Shown here piece after piece: positions 37,255 to 48,147 of a DNA stretch of 64,000 nt. This stretch comes from Dehalococcoidia bacterium. Its GTDB lineage: Bacteria > Chloroflexota > Dehalococcoidia > Plut-88900. The notes below the pieces were generated by a model. The model saw only the letters and a program-made list of their open reading frames with translations. It had not been told where the DNA came from and did not search any database. How positions within the stretch are numbered: position 1 is the first letter of the stretch; each line of letters opens with the position of its first letter. The position numbers and the translations under genes were made by a program. The stretch is from NCBI GenBank assembly GCA_965207225.1, contig CBDBLV010000004.1, positions 800,001-864,000 of the forward strand, read 5' to 3'.

Positions 37255-38436
37255 ATGGGTAACCGTCCCATAGGCGGAGACGTGGACTTTCTGCGCGAGG
37301 CGCTGCGGGTGTTGATGGATGCGATCATGGATGCCGAGGTCTCAGCGAGGATCGGCGCCGAGCATGGCGAACGCAACCCTGACCGACTGACTCATCGCAA
37401 CGGGTACCGCTCCCGTACTTGGGACACGAGGGTCGGGACTATGGAGCTTCGCATACCCAAGCTGAGGGAGGGAAGCTACTTCCCCTCTCTGCTTGAGCCT
37501 CGAAGGCGCAGCGAACGCGCTCTGCTGTCTGTTATCCAGCAGGCGTACGTCGAGGGTGTGTCCACGAGGCGTGTGGACGATCTGGTCAAGGCGCTGGGAT
37601 GCGATGGCATCTCCAAGAGCCAGGTGTCTCGTATCTGCGGGGAGCTCGACGGTGTGGTCGACAGCTTCCTGGGAAGGCCGCTGGATGAAGGACCGTACTG
37701 CTATGTGTGGCTGGACGCGCTGAGCCAGAAGGTCAGAGAGGAAGGCAGGATAGTCAACGTATCTGTGGCTGTGGCGACCGCGGTGAACGCCGAGGGCAAG
37801 CGTGAGATCGTGGGCATGGACGTGGGAACGAGTGAGAACGGCGCGTTCTGGCTGGCGTTCCTGCGATCCCTGTCCACCAGGGGCCTTTCGGGCGTTCAGC
37901 TTGTGACCTCGGATGCACACCATGGACTGAGGGATGCGATAGCGACTGTGTTCGCCGGCGCCGGTTGGCAGAGATGTCGCGCCCACTTCATGACCAACCT
38001 TCTCACCCGCGTACCCAAGAACGCCCAGCCCTGGGTTGCGACCATGGCGCGCACGATCTACCAGCAGCCGTCCGCCGAGGAGGCGCGCTCCCAGTTCAAC
38101 AGAGTCGTCGACCAACTCAACGACCGGTTCCCTGAGGCATCCTCGATGCTGGCAGAAGCCGGAACTGACATACTGGCGTTCACCTCCTTCCCCGGCGCTC
38201 ACTGGAAACAGGTATGGTCGAACAATCCCCAGGAGAGACTGAACAAGGAGATACGTCGCAGGACCGACGTGGTGGGGATCTTCCCGAACCGGCCCGCGGC
38301 GCGTCGGCTGATCGGAGCTGCACTCGCCGAGCAGCGCTATGAGTGGGCAGTGGGCAGACGGTACCTGACGCCCGCTTCAGCGACCTACGACAAAGCGTTG
38401 CCGGAGGCTCAGATCACACAGCCGACTGCGGCTTAA
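37255..38436 (+). CDS. IS256-family transposase (native N-terminus replaced)
   Basis: RNGYR..DTRVG..IPKLREGSYFPS, GVSTRRV, WLDA, SDAH.GL, WQRCRAHF and SNNPQERLNKEIRRRT. Confidence 0.92.
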   Translation: MGNRPIGGDVDFLREALRVLMDAIMDAEVSARIGAEHGERNPDRLTHRNGYRSRTWDTRVGTMELRIPKLREGSYFPSLLEPRRRSERALLSVIQQAYVEGVSTRRVDDLVKALGCDGISKSQVSRICGELDGVVDSFLGRPLDEGPYCYVWLDALSQKVREEGRIVNVSVAVATAVNAEGKREIVGMDVGTSENGAFWLAFLRSLSTRGLSGVQLVTSDAHHGLRDAIATVFAGAGWQRCRAHFMTNLLTRVPKNAQPWVATMARTIYQQPSAEEARSQFNRVVDQLNDRFPEASSMLAEAGTDILAFTSFPGAHWKQVWSNNPQERLNKEIRRRTDVVGIFPNRPAARRLIGAALAEQRYEWAVGRRYLTPASATYDKALPEAQITQPTAA

Positions 38437-38966
38437 TTGAACAAAAGGATTGACGTACTCCCACACCACTCTAAGGGACTTGACCACCAGGTGTGTATCG
38501 CGCACGTCAGAAAGTGGGTGTGGAACCGACTCAGGGAGATAGAAGGGTGGGACTGGTACAGGAGTCGGATATGGCTTCTGCTGACCGAGTTGCCACAGGG
38601 AGGTGGGCGAGAGTTGCTGGAGATGGAGCCTGTGGTTCGCAGACAACCGAAGCTTCACAGGCTGGTGGTGGAGTTGTGCGAGAAGTGGCGGTCTCTGACA
38701 TGTCACCAGCGGGTGAGAGCAATGCCACAGACCAACAACTGCACGGAGCGGACGATAGGAAGGAGCAAGATCAGGTACAGGACGGTCAGGGGGTACAAGA
38801 GCGAGGAAGGAATGATGAATGGACTGGGACTCACGCAGTGGGTATGGAGCGGTCAGGAAGCGCTCGACCTCGGCGTGTTGATCGCCGCCTAGATACTGGC
38901 TCTCTCTGCCCACGCTGACCCTTTCAAACTACTTTCAACATCTCACACCGCCTATGGGACGGTTAC
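37259..38966 (+). mobile_element. Chimeric element: ends of an unclassified IS enclosing an IS256 transposase and a second transposase C-terminus
   Basis: Perfect 19-bp IR GTAACCGTCCCATAGGCGG at 37259 and 38948-38966. Confidence 0.8.
38437..38892 (+). pseudogene. C-terminal fragment of an unclassified DDE transposase (same family as 43848 and 49771)
   Basis: HQVCIAH, TNNCTERTIGRSKIRYRTVRGYKSEEGMMNGLGLTQWVWSG. Confidence 0.8.
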
Positions 38967-39623
38967 GCCGGAGGTCTCCCCTTGACAATCCGGACGATGG
39001 CATTCAACAAGATAACGCCCCACGCGTATTACGCGGCGTCTTCGCTGACGAGGGCGGCGTGAAGGGATTCTCAAGGCTTCGACAGCGGCGCGTGAGTGGT
39101 CATAACGTTTGTCCCATGCGAACCAGTCCAGTCCTCGACGCTTAAGCTCGTGTCTCAATACGCGGAGTTCTGCTGATACGACGTATTTTGGACGTGTGGA
39201 GTGGGTGAATCCCTCTTGTCCGTGGGTTATGAAGGCTGCGTCGGCGTCGGTCATGGCGGCGAACAACTCGTCGTCCGGCAGGTTCTGAGCGCTTGCTCTC
39301 CACCTGCTCCAGGGGATTCTGCATGATTCCTCGGAGAATACGAGAGTCGAACTTCCTATCGAGTCCACTCCCAATCCACATTCGCCGCAGGCGTACTCGG
39401 TTGGAGAGTTCTCTGATCTCCATTGGTGGATTGCCCGTTCGTCTCCACACATGACGAATTCGTCCAGCAGTTGCTTTGTATGATCGAGTGATGATACGAG
39501 AGCTACGACTTGTCCTCGGCCTTGGTCCGGCTTTTGCGAGTCGGCGAAGAACTCCGATACTGGACGTTGGAATATCGTGGTGAGATAGATCTCTTTTTCA
39601 TGCTCCGTTAGCGCGGCGACCAT
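38952..39623 (-). CDS. Hypothetical protein; C-terminus runs into an IS end
   Basis: AGGAG RBS before the ATG at 39623; no recognised domain. Confidence 0.45.
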   Translation of the reverse strand: MVAALTEHEKEIYLTTIFQRPVSEFFADSQKPDQGRGQVVALVSSLDHTKQLLDEFVMCGDERAIHQWRSENSPTEYACGECGLGVDSIGSSTLVFSEESCRIPWSRWRASAQNLPDDELFAAMTDADAAFITHGQEGFTHSTRPKYVVSAELRVLRHELKRRGLDWFAWDKRYDHSRAAVEALRIPSRRPRQRRRRVIRVGRYLVECHRPDCQGETSGVTVP

Positions 39624-39955
39624 ACGATGTCTCCTGTCCTCGATTTCCACCGGGCTTTGCAAGTCTGGTGAAATGTGGAATCTGGGATTCAGTATAGCAC
39701 GATGTGGAAGTTGTTGTTCGTTCGGGGCATGGGGTAAGCGTATGTGAGATATAATGGCGCCGTAGGAGGCGGCGGACATGAGACCGATCACACTATTGAA
39801 TTACTTGTCGAGATGATCGCTCGGCAGGATGAGGCGTTGGCCGAACATACCGCCGATGAGCGCGATGCGGTCGATTGCCGGCCGGGACTGGATAACCGAA
39901 GCGATCAATGGCCTGCCGTCCTCTCATGCGGCTTGCTCAGACTAAAATGATGTTA

Positions 39956-40837
39956 GAGGGTGTCTGAAAAGGTATTTCATGCGGGTCGCGCCAGTCTGCG
40001 CAGCATCAGCCTGACCATGGCAGCACATACAAGCGCCTCCTCTGTCTCTGGCAGGAACTCATAGTCCTTCGACAGCCGACGGTTGCGAACCAGCCACGCA
40101 AACGTACGCTCCACCACCCATCGCCTGGGCAACGCCACAAACCCCACCGGGCGAGTCGGCGGATCCTGGTCATCTCGTAGCCACACCCTCCCACTCCACG
40201 GATGTCGAACCACCTCCAGATCCCACCCCAACTCGGCCCGCATCCACTCCTTCAGTCCCCTGTAAGCGCTGTCGGCCCATACCTTCGCCATTCTCGGGAA
40301 CACGCCTCGCAACTTCCCAAGCAGCAACTCCGCTCCCTTCCTGTCGCGCAATCCCGCCTCATGCGCCACCACCTTCATCGCTAAACCCCGTGTATCGACC
40401 AATATGCGCCTCTTTCGCCCATTTATCTTCTTGCCTCCGTCGTAGCTTCGAGGCCCCTTTTTTCCGTGATCCTCACCGACTGGCTGTCGATGATTGCCGC
40501 GCTCGGCGTGGGATCGCGCCCCTGCCTCATTCGCTCCCGCTCACGCAGATCCTGGTTGATCTCCTCCCACACCCCTTCCATCCGCCAGGCTCTGAAGTAG
40601 TGATAGACCGTCTTCCACGGTGGAAGATCATGCGGAAGCATCCGCCAGGATATTCCACCCCTCAGAACGTAGAAGATGGCGTTGAGCGCCTCTCTGGTAT
40701 CTGACGAACGTGGCCTTCCACCGGACCTCGCCGGTGGAATCAGCGGCTTGATGATGGCCCACTCTTTGTCGGTCAGGTCTGTCGGGTAAGATAGACGCTT
40801 CATAATGAGCCTATCCTACACCCTTTCAGACACCCTC
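39956..40837 (-). mobile_element. IS5-family (IS1031-like) element with a two-ORF transposase (40423-40803, 39977-40402)
   Basis: IR GAGGGTGTCTGAAA, TTA target duplication; YPTDLTD.EW, IIDSQSV, ADSAY and [11 protein letters not shown]; A6G4 slippery run. Confidence 0.92.
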
Positions 40838-40852
40838 TTATCCACAAAAAGC

Positions 40853-42001
40853 CTAGCCTATGGATGCCCTTGCCTTTCTGACGATGTAGTCTATGGCACC
40901 AGCAGTCTCTTGCCTGCGACCGTATAAAGTCCCATCCGGTGCCACCAACCCGGCATTCACCAGCAACGATCCAGCGTTATATCCGGGCCTAAGTGATGAG
41001 GATCGCAGGAAATCCGCCAAAGGCTGCCAGTCGTCTGTCCCCCAAGACCGGTAACAGCCTGCCAGTATCCTGAACACACTTATGTTGTATGCGAGAGTAG
41101 ACGAACGTAGTTGGGGAATTTCCGAGTCTTGGACATCTCCAGAGACCAATTGCTGATATTCCTTACGAGCAGCAACCATGAATTCATCTGCCCAATGCAG
41201 ACTGCGCTTGTACAGATCTTCCAAGTTCAGCATATACGAATCATTGAGGTCTCTGCTGACACGCCTCCCGGATCCTACCTCCATGGTTTTCAGGGTGGTT
41301 GCCAGCTGATTGATTGCGATTATGTTCTGGCTGGCTCTTGGGACACTGGACCTCTCCATATCGACTCGGCCGGCGAATAATTTGCTGTTTTCGGAGAGCC
41401 ACATCGCAGCCAGATTGAAGGCGTCTCTCTGATCGAATCTGGTAACGGTGTGCGCCTCAATTCGTTTTGTTTGCGACGCATCTACGAACATTTGCCTCAA
41501 TGTCTTGATTTCGTCCTCGGCGTATAGGACTATGGTCATTGATGCCCTTCTCAATGTATCTAGTTTGTCGGCGTTGCGGTCATCATCCAAGTTGGATAGG
41601 TCATACAGTACGTCCTGTATCGCGCGGCGACGATGCTGACCGTCAAATATTCTCAGGGTGTTTGTCCTGTTAGTGAGAATTCGCAGTTCGCCGAAATCTG
41701 GGTATTCATCCGAATCATAGGGATCGAACTCTACGGCGTTGGGCGCAACCCCAAGCATCAATGCGCCGAGCAGCCAGTTATCTTTCTCGTCAAGATATCT
41801 CTGAATGTTCTTTGCATGGCTCGGCGTAAGACGGCGATTGGCTTCTCTGACTATGTTGTCTTCCACACGCTGAGGCAGTAGCCCATCGAGTGTCTGAAGA
41901 TCGAGCGCGAAGTAGTACACGTCGCGACCTCCCTGACGGAACCGATGGGATGGAATACGCAGGCTATACTGGTTGCTTACTTCAGGTATCACCAATGCCA
42001 T
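40853..42001 (-). CDS. DGQHR/DndB-family (ParB-like fold) protein
   Basis: FRQGGRDVY, ANRRLTPSHAKNI..YL, IFDGQHRRRAI and RQMFVDAS; AAGGAGG RBS. Confidence 0.88.
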   Translation of the reverse strand: MALVIPEVSNQYSLRIPSHRFRQGGRDVYYFALDLQTLDGLLPQRVEDNIVREANRRLTPSHAKNIQRYLDEKDNWLLGALMLGVAPNAVEFDPYDSDEYPDFGELRILTNRTNTLRIFDGQHRRRAIQDVLYDLSNLDDDRNADKLDTLRRASMTIVLYAEDEIKTLRQMFVDASQTKRIEAHTVTRFDQRDAFNLAAMWLSENSKLFAGRVDMERSSVPRASQNIIAINQLATTLKTMEVGSGRRVSRDLNDSYMLNLEDLYKRSLHWADEFMVAARKEYQQLVSGDVQDSEIPQLRSSTLAYNISVFRILAGCYRSWGTDDWQPLADFLRSSSLRPGYNAGSLLVNAGLVAPDGTLYGRRQETAGAIDYIVRKARASIG

Positions 42002-42049
42002 CTGAGAACCTCCTTGAATGTTATTTCCAAAGGGCTTGCAATTCTGTAC

Positions 42050-43633
42050 TTAGTTTCGACCGGCTACTCCCCTTGCCTCACTTACTATGTAGTCGATCGC
42101 TTGAACCACCAAGCGTTGCTGCGCATCTGGCGAAGTACCGCCAGGAGCTACCACACCAGCATCTACCAATAGAGCGTTTGTGCGGCTACGCGGCTTTAGT
42201 GAAGCATCGCGAAGAAATGACGCCAAGTGTTCCCAGTCAGAACTGCTCTTTGACCATTCGTGATGACATCCTGCGAGAATCCTGATGACAGTGGCGTTGT
42301 ACGCCATAGTTTTAGTACGCATCTGGGGAAGGTCTGAGTTATCGATTTCACCGGCCATGAGGTTGTTGTATTCGCCCCTCGCGGCGGGCATGAAGTCGTC
42401 TGCCCAATCCAGACACCGTTCATATAGAGAATCCAAGTCAAGCATGTAGGTTTCGTTAAGATTCTTGCTGACCCTGCCTCGGTATCCGACCTCCAGGGTT
42501 TTTAGGGTAATCGCCAACTGGTTGATAGCGATTATGTTGTGGCTGTTTCTGGGAACTGACGCTCTCTCCATCTCGACACGACCTGCAAACAGGTCGCTGT
42601 TTTCGGCAATCCAGAGCGCAGCCAAGTTGAACGCATCCCGCTGGTCGAATCTGACGACTGCATTTTTCTCTATGGGTCTGGTCTGAGCTGCATCTGCGAA
42701 CATTTGACGCAGGGCTTCTATGCTGTCCTCAGCATAGAGCATAATGGGCAATGAAGACTTTTTCAGAGAAGACAGCTTCCCGAAGTACGCGCGATTATGG
42801 GAAAGTTCTTCCAACGCATCCTTGATTGCACGCCGTCTGTGCTGGCCGTCGAACATTTTCATAGAAGCGGCATCATCTCGAGAGATTGAGAGTTCTCCCA
42901 CAGAGAGGTTGCCAGAGTATGGACGAAATTGCACAGCATCCGGAGAAACTCCCAACAGCAGCGTTCCCAACAGCCAATCGTCTCGATCCTCCAGGTAATC
43001 CTGGATTTTCTTGGCATGGCTTGGCGTCAATGGGCGATTGGCGTCTCTAACCATTCTGTCATCTATCCGGTCGGGTAGAAGGTCGTTCATAGTTTCTAGG
43101 TCCAAGGCGAATGCGTACACATCGCGTCCGCCCTGCTGGAACCTGTGAGCAGGCATCTTGAAAGGCATCAGCGCCTCCTTGAGGTTTTCCACAGCCAAGC
43201 CATGTTCGGACTCGTTGATCTCCGAGAGCGCCTTACCGATATCGGTCAAGCCGGACGTAGCGCACACAAGGTCAATGTCATGCTCGGGAGGGTGCGATAC
43301 CTCGTTGCGCGCTTTGGTGATCGCGTACATGGTATCCAACGGTCTCGCGCCCGGCGCGAAGGAATTTTGGAACACGTCCCGCCAGTACTTCTTGATGATC
43401 TGAGGGAAGTCGCCGATGTCTATTGATTCTGCGACGCTTCGACCAGCGCGTCGGTTCTGTATGAACTGATTGTACTGGTCGTCCCGGAGCGCAGAGCCTA
43501 CTAGCTCCTCTACCTCTTTGCCCAAGATGCGCTTGAGGTGTCGGATGATGAAAGGTCTCATTGCGTCTCGGTAAATGTCCAGTCCATCGGTTAGTGCTTT
43601 CTTGTTTGGACGGTCAATCGCTATCACTGCCAT
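42050..43633 (-). CDS. Swt1-like HEPN domain fused to a DGQHR/DndB domain
   Basis: N-terminal GLDIYRDAMRPFI..DIGDFPQIIKKYW.DVF..RNEVSH (R-x4-H); C-terminal MFDGQHRRRAI; GGAGG RBS before the ATG at 43633. Confidence 0.85.
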   Translation of the reverse strand: MAVIAIDRPNKKALTDGLDIYRDAMRPFIIRHLKRILGKEVEELVGSALRDDQYNQFIQNRRAGRSVAESIDIGDFPQIIKKYWRDVFQNSFAPGARPLDTMYAITKARNEVSHPPEHDIDLVCATSGLTDIGKALSEINESEHGLAVENLKEALMPFKMPAHRFQQGGRDVYAFALDLETMNDLLPDRIDDRMVRDANRPLTPSHAKKIQDYLEDRDDWLLGTLLLGVSPDAVQFRPYSGNLSVGELSISRDDAASMKMFDGQHRRRAIKDALEELSHNRAYFGKLSSLKKSSLPIMLYAEDSIEALRQMFADAAQTRPIEKNAVVRFDQRDAFNLAALWIAENSDLFAGRVEMERASVPRNSHNIIAINQLAITLKTLEVGYRGRVSKNLNETYMLDLDSLYERCLDWADDFMPAARGEYNNLMAGEIDNSDLPQMRTKTMAYNATVIRILAGCHHEWSKSSSDWEHLASFLRDASLKPRSRTNALLVDAGVVAPGGTSPDAQQRLVVQAIDYIVSEARGVAGRN

Positions 43634-43769
43634 ATGGGATGACCTCCACATCGATTCCTGAGAGCCATGCATGGGCAATCTGCCAGATCAGCACTTGCCC
43701 CGAAGCAAAATTTACAGCACATCTAAAATAACATATTATTTTACGTCTTGTCAAGCATGTAAGATAACA

Positions 43770-44708
43770 GCGGTCGCCCGATAGGTGGTGTGCGAGTTTG
43801 GGATGAATTCGAGATGGGGGCGCCCCCTCCAGACGGGCGACAGCCGGCTACGCCGCCATCAGCTCTGTAGCATCGAGTCTGTGCCCGCTCCACATCCACT
43901 GCGCCAGCCCCAATCCGTTCATCATCCCAGATTCGCTCTTGTACCCCCTCGCCGTCTTGTGCCTGACTTTGCCGCTGCATATCGCCCGTTCCGTGCTCTT
44001 CGACCGCCGGCTTGTACGTCGAAAGATGTCGTTCGCCGCCGACCCCACGCCGAACTTGCTCATGCACCCGCTCAACCACTCCACAAAAGCCGCCGGATCT
44101 CGCCTCGTCAGAACGTCCATACCCAGAAGTTGACCGCTTTCGGCGTTAGCAACGAAGCCGACCACCGCCTCCTCGCCCCGCAGCTTCATGAAAGTCTCGT
44201 CCGCTCCGATCACTCGAACCCTGCCTGGCGCCGAGCGCGCCAAGCCCGACAGGGCGCTTGTCCCCGCTTCCCGCGCCGCTCGCCACACGCTCATCCTAGA
44301 CATGTCGCATCCCAGGGCGGTCAGCGTGTGGGTTGCGGACCTAAGCGACAGTCCCAGCGCCCAGCTCAGCGCGGCGAACGTGAGCCTTTGGCTCTGGTCG
44401 CGCCGGTCCACGCCTTGCGGGTAGTGTCTGAATGCGCGTCCGCAGTCCGCACACAGGAATCTCAGCGCCATGACCGCGTCGACTCGGATGTCCTCGATGG
44501 GCTGTTGGACTTCGCCGTGCTCGCGTAGGACGCCGCAGCCGCATCGAGGACATTTCGACGGTCGACAATCCGGCCGGATCTTGACCTGTGGGAGCGTGAA
44601 TCGTACCCTTGGCATCGCCGGGGAACCTCCGGGAATTGTTTGTTGAGTATCAGCACCCTACCAGGTTCCCCAACCCTTTTCTTCAAACACCGCCTATGGG
44701 ACGATTAC
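43770..44708 (-). mobile_element. Unclassified IS with internally deleted Zn-ribbon/HTH/DDE transposase (43848-44615)
   Basis: End CCGCCTATGGGACGATTAC matches the IR at 38948; CPRCGC..CADCG, GADETF and GYKSESGMMNGLG. Confidence 0.78.
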
Positions 44709-44776
44709 GTGTTGTCTACCGTCGCGCCCTGTGACACTCAATCCGGCGAGACTCCGGCCCTTGCGCGACCGTCGGC

Positions 44777-45373
44777 TCAGGCGTCGCTGTTGGTGGAACG
44801 GGTGTCGTGATGGGGGATTCTGAAGCATCGGCTGGTCATGCCCGGGATGTCCCACATGAATCCGACCAAGCCAAGCAGGATCGACACATCCGCCACGTTG
44901 AAGATGAACCATGGGACAATGTCGATGAAGTCCGTCACGTGTCCCAAGACCAGCCGGTCGATGAGATTGCCAGTGGCGCCGGCGAGCATCAGGCCAAACG
45001 TAACCTGCGTCCGCGCTCCAGTTCTGGCCTGTGACCAGTAGAGCGTGAACAGCAGGCAGATGCCCGTGGCGGAAATGGTGATGATCGCCAAAGTATGGCC
45101 GCTGAAAAGGTCGAGAGTATTGCCCATGTTCGCCACATGTGTGAATCGGAACAGGCCACCCGCTGACCACGAATCGCCAATCGCCAGCGTCCAGATGATG
45201 AGTACTTTAGATACCTGGTCCAGCGCCAGGGCCGCAAGTGCGGTGGACATACCGATCCGGTGAGGCAAGACAAAGGTAGTAAGGCGCGTTAGAAGTGTAA
45301 CTTGTCGGTGCATGACATTCACTGACGTGAAGGGCGCGGGCAAGGAGTATCCTCGGTCTGCGCCCAGACACAC
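44777..45373 (-). CDS. lspA: Lipoprotein signal peptidase II
   Basis: LDQVSK, GATGNLIDRL..GHVTDFID and FNVADVSI motifs; start probably further downstream. Confidence 0.88.
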   Translation of the reverse strand: MCLGADRGYSLPAPFTSVNVMHRQVTLLTRLTTFVLPHRIGMSTALAALALDQVSKVLIIWTLAIGDSWSAGGLFRFTHVANMGNTLDLFSGHTLAIITISATGICLLFTLYWSQARTGARTQVTFGLMLAGATGNLIDRLVLGHVTDFIDIVPWFIFNVADVSILLGLVGFMWDIPGMTSRCFRIPHHDTRSTNSDA

Positions 45374-45388
45374 TGGTCGTTGTGGGAG

Positions 45389-45844
45389 TCATTGCAGGTA
45401 TGGGGCGGCAGTCTTGCCACCAACGTATGCGCTCACGCCTATCACCTCTCCGGTCTTGGCATCCAGCGCGAACGTGATGTTGTCGTAGGTCTGACCACCG
45501 GCGCCCGGCAGGGACAACATCACGTCGCCCTCAAACGCCACCACCCAGACTCGTCGATCAGGGTTGAGTCCAACCCCGCTCGCATCCGGACCTGCTTCGC
45601 CGGTTCCGTTCGATGAAACCCTTGTGTAGTCAGCAAGATTGGTTAGCGTGGTCGTCACCCTGGCAGGGACACCGACGAGACCCGCAAACTGGGCCTCCGA
45701 CAATCCTTTGGTCTGCGCTTCGTTGGCATTCATGACGCTGCTCTGGTTGGGATTAGCCGCGAAAGTGAAGATAAGGGACGCGATAATCCCAAGAACCACC
45801 AGTACGATCAAACCTCCGAATATAAATGGTTTTCTTGCCGTCAT
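45389..45844 (-). CDS. Membrane-anchored/secreted hypothetical protein (PepSY-like C-terminal hairpin)
   Basis: GGAGG RBS, N-terminal TM, VWVVAF..FALDAKTGEVIG. Confidence 0.7.
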   Translation of the reverse strand: MTARKPFIFGGLIVLVVLGIIASLIFTFAANPNQSSVMNANEAQTKGLSEAQFAGLVGVPARVTTTLTNLADYTRVSSNGTGEAGPDASGVGLNPDRRVWVVAFEGDVMLSLPGAGGQTYDNITFALDAKTGEVIGVSAYVGGKTAAPYLQ

Positions 45845-45872
45845 GGCAATACCTCCACGGTTTCTGTGTCGT

Positions 45873-46322
45873 TTACTCGTTGCCTGTTGCCCGGAAATTA
45901 TTTCCGTCGATGTTCACGGTCGTGTACGGAGCATCTTCGCGGTGGACGATATGCCCATTCCATGACCGATGGACCCAGCCACCGCCGCTCCACACCTGAT
46001 ATTTCAGCCCCCCACTGCCGCCGTCGCCGCACCTGGTGTTGCCCATTCCCTCGACGCCGGTTGCAACTTCCCCGCCGCAGAATACACGGTCGCCCTGTGC
46101 GAAACTGAGATTGTCGGAGTGAATATGCTGGCCGTCATAAAACCAGTGATACTTCGCCGACTGCCGGTCGTACTGGTTTGAGAACGAGTGGGTGGAGCCT
46201 GAATCATAGGAGAATTCCCTTGTATGATAGTCTGGGTTTTCCCAGACTATTAGACCCTTAAATGTCCCGTTGGACTTCTTCCACCAACCGATCTCACCAT
46301 ATCGCCGCGGGCTGGTCTGCAT
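45873..46322 (-). pseudogene. C-terminal part of a secreted beta-sandwich protein, neprosin/G-peptidase-like
   Basis: GEIGW..WFYDG..CGGEV motifs; in-frame stop just upstream, N-terminus missing. Confidence 0.5.
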
Positions 46323-46713
46323 GACCCCGACGCGGTTGTAGGACCATTATAGCGATAATCCGAGAAATTCCATTTGGCGCATTCAAATCCACCGAGTGTC
46401 AGGGAATCATAAGAAGGCAGTGGCCGAGTCATGCGCTCGGCTACATGGACGGACCACAGTCTGGACAATCAGTCCTGACAGATATTTGGCCCATGCTGAA
46501 GGCGTGGGGCGTAAGAATGACGGGCACCCAGCCCAGACGCTATGAAATGACCGATGCCGCCAAGACGACGGTGAGATGAACTCGTCCCCTTGCCCTCACA
46601 CCAACCCAGCCCGCCTGGTAGACTCCGCGCTCTTGATGTACCTACTCCGTAGCCGCTCCACGTCATCGCGGACGCGCCCGGCAGTTTCGGCGCGCGTTGC
46701 TGTCAGCATCACA

Positions 46714-48147
46714 CTAGTACTACAGTCGCAGATGATCATGGAGATGCTGGAGTCGGCGTTGGTAGTGGCAACGGCGGGCCCGGGCCTGGTGGCGTCGTCT
46801 CCAGCGGGACCAGGCTAACGCCAATTCGGGCGACCCCCTGGGCTGCCAGATCAATCGGCACAGCAGTCGTCGCACCTCGGGAACCGTGAACGGTATCAGT
46901 CTTTGATCCCGACCCGCGTCTCCCCCTTTTTGACTTCTGGGCAGGCGTTAGCCCGTAGCCGCACTACCGCCAGGAAGGCATGGGCCAGCATGGCCAAGGT
47001 GACGTGCCGGTACCATCCCTCCCATCTGCGCACTTCATACTGGTCCAGGCCCACCTGACCCTTGGCTTCCTCAAAACATTCTTCAATGGTCCACCGAGTT
47101 CCCACCACTTGCGCCAGTTCCTTCAGAGTCGTCTCCCCAGGGCCGTAGCAGACGTAATAGGCCAGCTCTTCAGGCTGAGCTATGCTGCGGCGGACCAGCA
47201 GCCAGTACCCCTTGCCTGGTTCCCGCAAAGGACGGATAGCAACCCAGGTCCAGTCGTAAATCCTAGGTCCCTTGGCCCCGTCCCCAGCGCTCAACCGGAC
47301 CCAGTCCGCTTCTTCCACTTGGGACGCCAACCGGTCCGCACGCGCCTGGCTGTACCCTTCCTCCGTCCATGCCCACAGCTTCTCGTTGCTCTTGATAGCC
47401 AGCGCGTGGGATATCTCTCGCTCCTCCAGCCATCGCCGCAGCCTGCGGTCGCTGCCGTACACCGTGTCTCCGGCAAACCACCGGAAGGGGATGCCCCCTT
47501 CTGCCGCACGCTCCACATTTTCCGGGCCAGTTGCGGCTTGGTCTGGAACCTTACCCCCTCCGGCGCTCCCGCCTCATGGCGCCGCTCCCAATCCTCTGAC
47601 CATACCTGGGGCAAGTACAGCTCGCGATCCAACAGAACCCTGCCCTGGGCGGTAGCGTAGGTCAGGAATACTCCTACCTGGCAGTTCTCTATTCGCCCCG
47701 CCGTCCCACTGTACTGACGTTGCACCCCCGCCGACTTGCTTCCCTTCTTCAGGAATCCCGTCTCGTCCGCCACCAGCGCCCCGCAAGCGTCTCCCAGATA
47801 CTCCACTACGTAGTCCCTGAGATCGTCTCGAACCAGCCCAGCGTCCCATACATAGTTGTACAGCAGGCGCTGCACTCCATCGGGCGTGGCATCCCCCGCC
47901 TGCTCCGCCAACTGCCATCCGTTCTTGCGCTCCACGGGACTGAGCAGCCCTTTCAGGTAGGCCAGTGCCCGCCAGCGGGGTTCCGAACGGTAGAACCGTG
48001 CCCCAATGCGCCGGTGGAGGTCCTCAATCCCTTTGGCCCACTGCGCCACTTCCAACACCTCAACCATCTCTCCAAACAACTCCTCTCCTCACCAATTATC
48101 TGAAGTAACCCTATTCTACTTGAACTTATCTGCGACTGTAGTACTAG
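46714..48147 (-). mobile_element. IS701-family element, transposase frameshifted (47291-48079, 46896-47516)
   Basis: Perfect IR CTAGTACTACAGTCGCAGAT including CTAG; [33 protein letters not shown] and RWTIEECFEEAK..GLDQYEVR. Confidence 0.92.

Noticed and set aside
40853-43633. Complete Dnd phosphorothioation or Dpd cluster
   Set aside because: Only DndB-like domains are present; no dndA/C/D/E or dpdA/C in the window.
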